Program-made: the position numbers and the translations under genes | Assembly: GCA_024704765.1 (NCBI GenBank) | Contig: JAKMXF010000099.1 | Location: 1-64,000, forward strand | Length of the DNA stretch: 64,000 nucleotides | Source of the DNA: Oopsacas minuta | Lineage: Eukaryota > Animalia > Porifera | Direction: 5' to 3' | Notes under the pieces: model-generated | The model's input: the letters and a program-made list of their open reading frames with translations, nothing else | Databases searched by the model: none | Told to the model about the DNA's origin: nothing | In this document: positions 27,316 through 38,386 of the stretch, in pieces | Numbering within the stretch: position 1 is the first letter of the stretch | Layout of the letters: the number at the start of each line of letters is the position of its first letter

Positions 27316-28018
27316 TATATATACAATAGACTCCGCGTTCTATTTAATAGAACATCGATTAATCTTGTCAACTTGGTTATTCTGGGGTCAAGGAGCCAGA
27401 CACAGAACCATACAAATAGTATTAATTTATTTCAGTTAATCGGGCCAACATCATTATTCCACTTTATCTGGTTAAAATGGCCTTGTCCAGATGTGACCCT
27501 ATTAAGAGGACTTTAGTGAAGTAGGATACTCAACAAATCGGGATTATGTTATTCTATCACTGATAAATATTAATACACAACTATATAATTTAGTATACAA
27601 TATAATTTCCTTAAGTTTAAATACTCGTCACACCACGGTAATACAACAGGTGTATATAATTCTACAAATAATGATTACATTGGAATATTTAGATAACATT
27701 TATATTCATGTGGACTATGGCACTGATCTCATTTCCTGTATTAGATAAGACAGGATAATCTACAAATTCGGGGAAGAATTACTCTATAGGGTGTCGGTGA
27801 GTGTACCAAACTACCAACAATTGTTTCCAAGAAACTAAAACTAAAACTCTGCTAATAACGTATTGCAAAATAGTGTTGTGTTCCAATGTACTCAAATGAT
27901 ATATCAAATTTCTGAAGTTGTAAATTATCCTCTCAAATACATTGTATGACTATATAATGAAATCAGTAGATAATTTATTAATCATCAATTTAAATCTAAA
28001 CTCCTGAAGAAATTGAAC

Positions 28019-31000
28019 ATGAAAACTCTCTGTTATAAAATTGGATTATTCTTAGCTATAATTGGTTCATTGATTAGAATCAGATCAGGTGAGTACCTTA
28101 ATTAGAATTTATGTGTAAACATCTAGTAAATGTATTAGACTAATAGTTATCATGAATACTCAGTTAATTATTTACATATTTGAATGTATTTGTTGTGCTT
28201 TAGCTCAAGCTCCGGTTCCGGACCTTGCGTTTACATTCGATGATACTGACTTCAGTTTCTTCACGCTGGCAGAAAATAATATTAATTGGGTTGAAGCTGA
28301 AACAGAGTGCATAAATTGGGGAGGACATCTTGCTACAATCAAGTCAGAACAAGTTGACAGCTTATTCTACTATACTATAGAAGATATACAGATATATACT
28401 TCCTGTTATATAGGTCTGAATGATAGGCAGAATGACGCTGGTACTAATGCTAGTGCATTTGTATGGGTAGATGGTAGTACTAGTAGTTATAGAAAGTTCG
28501 GTAATACTCCTGGTACGATACAATACCCCATTGGATTAGGTCCGAATAATATTCATGATTGTGTTAGGTTAAGGTACAGAAGTGGGACTGGAATATCAAA
28601 CGGATGGATAAATGGGGCTTGTACCCTAGGTAGAAACTGTTACTTCTGCAATAAACCTGGTAAGTTATCAATCAAGAATAATTTGTATGAATACATTAGA
28701 ATGCTAATATCTTAACTCTATATTACAGCAGTATTATTGAATAGTACCAATTCCATAGGTGTACGAGGAAGGTTAAGTGGAGTATTAGCAATAATTAGAA
28801 TGTTGAATGAATTATTAAGGGACCTTAACTCCTTAAGCTCCTAGCAGTTAAATTAATTACTACACGTCACTGTATACTTGGAGAATTGATAGTAAGTCGA
28901 CTAATATATAGGCAAATTTCATTGTATTTATTTTCCAGTAACACCCAGTGAATGTGATCTGATCTATGATGGATTGTGCTATCGATTGTATGAAGTGAGT
29001 ACTGGAATCAACTGGTTAGATGCTCAGTCTAGTTGTGCTGTATGGGGTGGTGACTTGACTAGTATTACTACAGAAAGAGAGAATAATTACTTATACACTA
29101 TTATCCCTGATACAGTGAGTAATTGCTGGATAGGATTGAATGATAGGAGTGAAGAGGGAACATATACCTGGACTGATGGTTTAGTATATAGTTATACAAA
29201 CTGGATAGGGAGTGAACCATCTAATTTTTATGAAGATTGTGTTGACATGATAAAAGCTGAAGGGGGTAGTTGGGAGACTGCGGACTGTGAGATAACAACT
29301 ATAAAGACATTCTTATGCAAAAGACCTTCATCTGTAACTACAGGTCAGTATAATAGGAATGCTACAATACTATATAAATAATAGCTATTGGATACAATAA
29401 ATTATACAGATCATATTTTAGCGGTGAGATTTGGACAACTTACTAATGGAAGATTAGAATTCGAAACAATTAGTGAAAACACTTTCTTGTACAAATCACT
29501 AACGTTGGCTTGTCGAGGAGATGAGGCTAGTGCTATTGTATGGAAATTTTCAAAAAACTCAGATCTATCAAATAGTGTATTCATGACAGCAACATATAGT
29601 AGTACAGATACTGGATTAAGTTGGTTAGCAGTTAATATTAATAAACAAGGATTTTATCAGTGTCAAGTCAATTCATTAACTTATACGATTGGTTTGCATG
29701 ATACGTCCTTAACAACAGGTGAGTAGATCATTCGTTAATATATTCAAATATTTTCCACTTGTACTTTCGAACCTCCAATTCTATCTAGTGGCTGTATCAG
29801 GATCTACATACACGTATATAGTAGGAATAGACAGAGAGGACGTATTACTGTTATGTGCTCCTACTGACACCGTTAGTTTGAGTTTGTTGAGATGGACTCT
29901 ACTTGGTGCAGTAAGTAATACAGATTTTCTAAATCCTATCAACATCTACGAAGAGAGGGATAATTTATCTGATCAATCTACTGATTTCAATTGTATGAGA
30001 GGTTCAAGTACACTTTCTACAAACTTCATCAGTGTGAAAGGTACCGGTAACTATTTATTTCTATCCAGATTGTCTCAGAAAACTACCGCGGGAGTGGAAC
30101 CAAGGTTACAACCGAATAATATTTTGAGAATAATTCAATATTCGGTTACCAACCGAATATCAGTATTCGGTTGATTTCGCCGAATAATATCTGTATTTGG
30201 TTAGCTATTCATGAACACTGATACCCGATTAGATCGGTTTCAACCCTGCGCGGAACCTAGTGGTTGCTATACAGGTTGATTAGTATGAAAACTATATTTC
30301 GAGATTGTATTGTTTGTTATGTACATGTGTCGACTATATAGAGATTCAATGACAATAAGTTCCACTTTAAATAAATACAATTATTTTTTTAGTTCCAGAA
30401 TTAACCATTCAAATTGGTAGCATCATTGCTAGTAGATTCACAGCCGTATGTCCAGTTGTGAATGAGATTGTCATTCCATTAACAACAAATGATATTTCCC
30501 TCTTTACTAATATTGATGGGAAATGGAATATTCTTGGAACTACCAACTCGACTGGATCTACTACAACAATTGATAATTTCATTGAAGGAAATGCTGGATT
30601 ATATAAATTCTATATGAACAACTGGGATAGAGTTGATGTGTGTGCTATACAAATTACTCTTATATCTTCACCTGCTATTACAACAGGTAATATAGACATT
30701 GTTACTTTAGTATTTAATCTTGGAAATTCGAAGAATAGACTCGGGTCTAGTTATTACGAACGCAAGCGACCGTCCAGATCTGTACTCCTTGTAGATAGTT
30801 TCCTAATTCAATTTAGAACTAATTATCCAGGTGGATATAGTTCACCAAATCAATAGAGGAAAGTAAGTATTCACTAAATATTAAGCTTAGCTATACATTT
30901 GTGAAAAGGATAAATTAGTTCAGCTGATGGCTTTATGATATCCTTCATGTATAATTTAGCAATAAGAGAAATTTCAACAGCTAAGACTACTTTTGGATAT

Positions 31001-34000
31001 TTCACGAATTCTGCTAACATAAACTGGATAACTGCCCAACTCTATTGCATCAACTGGGGAGGAAATCTTGCTACAATCGAGTCAGTAGAAGAAGATAGTT
31101 TATTGTTCTATAGTATAACAGATTTAGCTATATCTTATTCTTGTTGGATAGGACTGAATGACATAGATATAGATGCTGGTACTAATGCTGATGCATTTGT
31201 TTGGATAGATGGTAGTGCCAGTAGTTATAGGAACTTCGATTCACTTTTGGTACCAAATCCCTCAGATGCAAATGCTAATTTTGACTGTGTTAGCTTCAGA
31301 TACAGATACAGGAGTGGAGCACAAGTATTATCAACCGGCTGGATTAATCGAGGTTGTGGTAACATTAGAAATTGTTACTTCTGCAGTCAACCAGGTAAGC
31401 GATCGGTTTTTAACAACCAAATAATAAATTATCCATGAAACTAGATTGTGAGTTAAATGAAATTCCGTCCTTTCAACCCACCAAACTCGCAGTTACTATT
31501 CTCAAAAATTTAGTTTCATAATTTGAATAGGTAACTCACAAGGATGTGATCTGATCTATGATGAGTTTTGCTATCGATTATTTGAAGTGAGTGATGGAAT
31601 CAACTGGTTAGATGCTCAGTCTAGTTGTGCTGTATGGGGTGGTGACTTGACTAGTATTACTACAGAAAGAGAGAATAATTACTTATACATTATTATACCT
31701 GATATAGTGAGTAATTGCTGGATAGGATTGAATGATAGGAGTGTAGAGGGAACATATACCTGGACTGATGGTTCAGTATATAGTCATACAAACTGGACAG
31801 GGAGTGAACCATCTAATATTTATGAACATTGTGTTGACATAATAAGAGCTGGAGAGGGTAGTTGGGGGACAGTGGACTGTGGAACAATGAGAAATGCTTT
31901 TCTATGCAAAAGACCTTCATCTGTAACAACAGGTCAGCATAATAGGAATGCTACAATACTATATACATAATAGCTATTGGATACAATGTAATTACATAGA
32001 GCATGTTTTAGCTGTGAGATTTGGACAACTTACTAATGGAAGATTAGACTTTGTAACAATTAGTGAAAACACATTTTTGTTCACCTCACATACATTAGCT
32101 TATGGAGGAGAAGAGAATATAGCCATTACATGGATATTTTCAGAGAATTCAGATCTATCATCTAGTCAACCAGAAACAGCAACCAATGAGAATATACAAG
32201 GTGGATGGAGCTGGCTAGCAGTTGATATTACCAAACAAGGATATTATCAGTGTCAAGTCAATTCACTAACTTATACGATTGGGTTGTATGATCCATCCTT
32301 AACAACAGGTCAGCATATTTGGTACTCTTTGATTAGCCCAACTCATTTATCATTCTAATGTTCCATCTAGTTGCTGTATCTGGAACCACATACAACTATA
32401 CATTAGGAGTAGACAGACAGAATGTAGTGCTGCTATGCGATCCGATGGATAGTGGTAACCTGTCTGCGTTAATATGGTCTGTAGAGGGTAGTGCTACTCT
32501 TCCCAATCCAATCAACATATACAAAATGATTGGTGACAAGTCCATGGGTTACTATAGCATCAATTGTTCGAGAGATAGTGATGAAATATCAAAAAACAAA
32601 ATTTATTCTAGAGGTAGTGTGTTACGATTAAGAGATATGTTATCCAATTATCCTCACATTATTTCCTCTAGTACCACAAATAATCCTCCAATATGGTGAT
32701 CTCATTATTGAAAAATTTTCATCAGTTTATCCTGTCATGAATAATATTGAAATTCCTATTGGTATCACAAACATTTCTATTTCAAATACCATTGAGGGTA
32801 GATGGATGCTACCTGATGGAAGCTATTCATTCTCTACTCTAGAAATTTTAACTTTCACATCACAGTACAAAGGCGTGTATAAGTTATATATTACCAACTG
32901 GGATGGGCTAGAAGTCTGTGCAATACAGATCAATATTACTGTAACAACTGATGGAATTGGTAATCTATATATTTAATTCTCAATTGTTGTTAATTTGATT
33001 ATTTGTCTGTTTGTTTGTCTGTCGTCAAGGAAAGGATATACGGTATGCAATGTTGTCGCATAACTATGTATTTATCGTATTTATCAGGCAGTAATGTATT
33101 TCAATACAACTTAACTAAACATATCTAAAATACTGAATCCGATTTTGACATTTTTGATTGATCATATGTAAAATTATTGCTGTTTTATTAAAATATAGTA
33201 AACAAATTATCCTAATCTCAAACTATAAGTACAGGCTTGCTGAATCAAAATTTCGCATTTTCAAGTTGCTCATATTTAAATTTATAGTTATATTTATGCA
33301 TATAAAGTGAACAAATTTCAAATTGTTATAGAATCATAATTTCAAAAACTATACTGGGGTAATCGAGTATGCTGAGTCCGAATATGGCATGGAATATTTG
33401 TTAGTCCGTTGATTAGTAAATTTATTGTTGGTGTTTTATGAATATAAAGTAAACAAATTAGCACAATCTCAAAATTTACATAGATACTTACTCTCAACGG
33501 CTACAAAGGAGGTTGGTTTTCCAAAATAATTCAATAATATATATACCATATAAGTATATTTGTGAATTGCATGTTCTAAATATATCTGTATTATAATACC
33601 AGGGTCATGTGTGCCTATTTTATCTGCCCAGGTTAAACCCAAATATAAAACATCAGTGCTTCCCATCAGTCATAGCTTTTCTGATTAATACCATATTTTG
33701 AGGCTAGTCTGAAAATTATGGTATGTGATAACTGTATATTGTGTGTTCTTCATAAAGTTAATATTACATTTTTCCACCGTTTTACTTTCATCTTAAATAG
33801 ATAAGAACATATTCAGGTCCTCCAAGTTAACGTGTATGTTTTTAGCATACATACAAGCACCTTATTATGGTTGGTCATGCCATATGGCCAGGACATGGCC
33901 AGGTTGACCGGGCCATGTGACCAATTTCAACCTGGTCAAAACCTGGTCTGGAAAAATTCTGCTCAAGTTTGACTTGGTTAGTTTGCATTACTGGCATGCC

Positions 34001-36104
34001 CTGAATACTCAAAGGGGCCGTCAATTTGGAGGATAATGGATACTTCGAAGCACAATGCGTTGAGTTCATCGCGAAGCGACAAGCCAAAGGCTCGTAGATA
34101 TTTAATAGTAACATCCCCGCATGCTACACAGGGAATAGAATAATATGCAATCCATATATTAACAGTATTGTTTTCTAGAAGAAATAACCAACTTTAACAT
34201 TCCGTTACAAGTAAACTATACTGTTGGTTCAATTATTGATATACTCTACTATTCATACACAGAAATTCCAGATACTAAAATACGTTGGACAACAGACCCT
34301 GTAAACGATGGGGAAAATATGGAATACAGTATTGAGTACCCAAATCCTGTGTTGTTGATTGCAGTATTCTCTAATGTGGGAGCAGGTTTGCATACAATAA
34401 CTTCGTTCTATAGGATGAGTCCAATTACTTCTCTAGGAAGTCTCCAGCTAGCAATCAAAGGTTTGTTGATATTATATATTAAATCATTAAATTATCTATC
34501 ATATATTTACAGATACAGTAGAAGTAACAATCAGTTATGAAGGGTACACCTTTACCACAAGTGATATTAGTAATGAAATATTTCCATCACCACAAGTAAT
34601 CAGTATACTTCAAGGGACAAAAGATATTACGTTAACCTGCAGTCTACCTGTATGTGTATGGAAGATTTCAAATGAAAAAGATACAATAATTGCATCTACA
34701 AATAGTATATCAGAAATAACTCTTAACTTTTACGAGAGTTTCTCATTGGTTCGCTCTACAAGTTCTGGTGTAGAATATACAACAGCACATATTACTATAC
34801 AAACTCCAAAAGAAGCATCAACAAACAGCACTCTGGTACCCATCATAATCATTGTGTTATTATTGATATGTATAATTGTAGCTACAATTATTCTAGTTCC
34901 AATATTCATCTTTCTATATGTAAAGAGAAGAAGACCAACAAAGGTTAAACTATCTAAACGTCCTAAACCCTCCAAATCCAATATAACAGGTGACGAAAGT
35001 AATCCTGATTATACTATTCTATCAGAGATGAATCCACAAACTAAAAAGTACATAGATCTCTCAGTAAATACAAATCCTGACGATATGACAATAGATGGGA
35101 CATCAATAACTACTCTAGACGCACCCACTAATCCCAATGAACGAGGTTATGCAAATTTGTCAAACATTCCACACCAAAATGTAACAAAAAAAGAGAAAAG
35201 AGGTTATATTGAAATGAAGGAAGTCCTGACTTATGAGGAATACACACCCATGAATCCTGTAGAGGAAGAAAACAAATTCACAGCAAAATTCATACCAATA
35301 AAAGAATTCCCTACAATGTATCAACAGTATGTAGAATCTGGAATAGGAAATGATTCATTATTTTCTGTAGAATTTCAAAAGTTAAATGAAGATTCTAAGA
35401 AGGCTGTTGCATCAGAAAGTTACGATGCATTGAAAAAGGGTAATTTGCAAAAGAATCCTATCAAAAACATTCTACCATTTGATGAAAACAGAGTTGTATT
35501 AGATTCTCCACACTTTGTCTGTGACTACATCAATGCTTCATGGTTAGAAAGTTTTCAATTCATTGCTACCATCAATCCAACTCTAGAGACACATCTAGAT
35601 TTCCTACAAATGATCTATCAAACAGAAGCTAGTATGGTGATAATGCTGACTACGAGAAAGGAGAAAGCTACGATACTCAGTGGAATATCTAATCGTATCT
35701 GTTACTGGCCTAAGAAGGATGAACCTATCAATTGTGAACCTTTTGTTTCTACTTTGATCAATTCTACAGAAACGAATGCATTTGTGAAACAGGAAATCTC
35801 TTTGAAGAATACTTTAGCAGGAAAGGAACACTCATTCACTCAGTGTATATCTCCGATATGGAATGAAGATGGTACTGTATTTGAAATGGCTTTAGCTGAT
35901 ATACTTTTGATCAGAATTATGAAACAGAAACAAGACTCAAATAATGTTCCTATAATTATCCATTGTGAAAATGGTATCTCTAAGACTGGAATAATCATGA
36001 CAGTGTTGAATTCAATTAGAGAACTTAACATGAGAAAATCTATCAGCATCTTCAATGCTGTTAAGAACTTACGTAGACAGAGAATAAACATGGCTCCTAC
36101 CTTG
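28019..36104 (+). CDS. Gene B: receptor-type protein tyrosine (pseudo)phosphatase; signal peptide + (CTL-CTL-Ig-Ig-Ig)x2 + Ig-like x2 + TM + Tyr-rich segment + single PTP domain; final exon unresolved
   Basis: Exons 28019-28088 (MKTLCYKIGLFLAIIGSLIRIRS, signal-peptide-like), 28204-28659, 28939-29343, 29422-29718, 29789-30040, 30393-30686, 30960-31394, 31531-31932, 32012-32308, 32371-32613, 32672-32959, 34179-34460, 34513-36104. They sum to 5313 nt = 1771 codons in one frame. PTP motifs: ILPFDENRVVL, DYINAS, IATINP, CYWP, IIIHCENGISKTG, VKNLRRQR. GTAAGT donor at 36105. Confidence 0.85.
30101..30248. mobile_element. Old hAT-like MITE in intron d-e of gene B
   Basis: Ends CAAGGTTACAACCGA / CAGGGTTGAAACCGA (reverse complement of right end); degenerate 8-bp flanks AGTGGAAC / CGCGGAAC. 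Confidence 0.4.
32964..34094 (+). mobile_element. Helitron-like repeat inserted 4 nt after a splice donor of gene B
   Basis: GTAA|TCTATATAT...TTGTCTGTTTGTTTGTCTGTCGTCAAGG start and GCGAAGCGACAAGCCAAAGGCTCG|T end; similar to 25511-26103. Probably carries a nested insert at ~33600-34003 (CAGGG..CATG ends). Confidence 0.55.
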
Positions 36105-37693
36105 GTAAGTATTTTCTAACTGTCATATATATTCTTGTCCTTTTTTGTTAGAAAATATATTGTTCCGACGATATATATAAACTTTCTGAGATTCGTTTTT
36201 GGATTCAGTTTTCAATCTTAATTACTTACCTGATAGCATTACTTGTTAGTAATCCCCATTCATTGAGTATTTCAATACCTATCTGTTCTATGTAAGAGTA
36301 TACCCTACAGTACTTATGCTTGTTCCATTGGTTGGATCTTTTGAAGTTTTTTCCTTCGAATCTGGACAGCCGTTTAGGTTCCAAAAGTTCCATAATATTT
36401 CCCGTGCCAATATGGGTAAAACCTTTGAAATGTTCGATTTCCAATCCCTACAATTCTTTTTTTGAGAAACTGGCTTGTCTATATTTCTTGAATTATATTT
36501 CTAATATGTTCCAGATCCATTATAGACAAAAATGTCTCGCTTAGGATTTCATTTACAGCATAAATAATTATTTTGGTCAATTATTGTTGGGCTGTTGGTC
36601 TGACACGGAACCACAAAATTTATCAAATTCGAGAGTGACAATTTTTCATACAAGCAAAGATCGAGTGTTAGAATCTTTTGGTATAGGAGCTGACTAGCAT
36701 AGTTCGGCATTCTTAGCCAGGCGAAAATGGTGGCTTAAGTGTTCCAATGGCCATTTTTCGCAAATAATTTATACATTTCGCTACCAATATTCGTAAATAG
36801 TCTATTTATTCATAAAATTATATAGTATGGTTGACTCCTATCAATATAGTGGCAAGTTATGGCATAATCTGATAGGCATCCCCTCTCTGTGGCAAAAATC
36901 TGCTGTACAGGGTGTGTGGGCAAAAATTGAAATTGGATGCAAATATCATAAAACGATTTACAGAAAGGGCTATGAAATGTATACTTCGTGTTGTATACAT
37001 ATAATATATTCTATTTATGCAAGAATTGACATAACATTAATTTTAATAATAATATATCTATTGGGGTGTACTTAGCACTTATGGCTAGGTGGTTTGAGCC
37101 CAAAATCCAAAATATTTCAGAAAGTATTTATCAGAGAGCTCTACAATTTTACCGTGCATTCGTAAGATAGAGAACTATCGGAAAATGCAATAAATCACTT
37201 TTGGAGGGTAAACATCAAAACTATGGATATGCAGGGTAAACCGTCCCCTTCAAGCTCACCAATGTTATCACTTTTACCAGCTCAATTATTTTGTTTGACT
37301 AGTTTAATTATTCCATATTCTATCCGATAAGTAACTATAATTTCGACCGAACGGGCGTCCATCTATAACACCCTTATATCAATTCTTCACACTATATTTC
37401 TATTATCTATTCCTCTTATAGGCATGTTATACAACTTGTTATTCTCTCCTAAATGAATATTGTTCTATTCATCTCTAATCTACATCGTGATGTTCTAACA
37501 TTTGTGAATATTTTTCTATTAAGTTTTCTGTTTTTGTTGTTACACTCACGTATACATATATTACTAGTTGTATATTCTTGTGTTCTAATAGACAATAAGA
37601 CACGTTTAAAGATAGTTATGGTTGTTTGTATCCGAATCAGTTTCATATTCTACTTGCTTATCCGAACAAAAATTTTGCTGGATTTGGGAAATA

Positions 37694-37874
37694 CAGTGGA
37701 ATCTAGTTAAAAAAACACGGTTACTATGACTTACCAGATAAGATGTACAATGTCTACACAAAATCAATTCCCTGAATCGCTATTCTATTAGAATTACTAC
37801 AGTTAATTCGAACTCCGGATAAGGCGGACAAATTTTGATTGTCCGTTTGTATTCGTATTAATCAGGTTCCGCTG
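37694..37874. mobile_element. pogo/Tigger-like MITE
   Basis: TA|CAGTGGAATCTAGTTAA ... TTAATCAGGTTCCGCTG|TA. Confidence 0.55.
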
Positions 37875-38245
37875 TATATTTTCTTAGTTAGTTAAGCCAG
37901 AATCACAAGTTTATTTGTTCGAAACGGAAACTACACAGTATTTGTATCTATCAGGAACATTATAAGACGAACAGGAAATTCTACCAAATCATGGTCCTAC
38001 AATACTTATTCAAGAGCACGCTCTAATGTGTGCGCTCCTCCAAAATGGAGTGCCGCTCCACTTTCCGCTCTCCATCAGAAATGGAGCATGTCCTAGTCCT
38101 GCTCTCCAAAAGAGGAGCAGGCATCCGGACCGATGCTCTTTTAAGCTCTTTCCTCTAAAACTGGTTACTTGATTACTTTTGAATTATCAACGTTCTATAT
38201 GATAAATTCTTGATATTCTACAAAACTAAATGTGATCGTCTAATG

Positions 38246-38386
38246 GAGTGGTTCTCAACCTGGGGTTGCGGCCCATAGGGGGTCCGCAGCCCTAGAATGT
38301 TTTCGTTATGTTTATTGGCAGGGCCCTGCGGACCCCATAAAATGGACCAAAGAGGTCCGCGGAAGAAAAATGGTTGAGAACCAATG
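38246..38386. mobile_element. 141-bp Buster-like hAT MITE
   Basis: Ends GAGTGGTTCTCAACC / GGTTGAGAACCAATG resemble the TIR of 20045-22181; flanks GTCTAATG / GTCTGATG. Confidence 0.75.

Noticed and set aside
4600-31932. Diversity-generating retroelement acting on C-type lectin folds
   Set aside because: No reverse transcriptase ORF, no template/variable repeat pair and no adenine-specific mismatch pattern; variation includes indels and all base types.
36105-36544. Final exon of gene B (candidates after AG at 36151 or 36516)
   Set aside because: Neither gives a recognisable PTP C-terminal QYxF-type motif; left unresolved.
38026-38140. GCTCC..AAATGGAGC palindromic motifs, also at ~59036-59090 and ~59345-59435
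   Set aside because: Probably a degenerate dispersed repeat; boundaries, TIRs and TSDs could not be defined.
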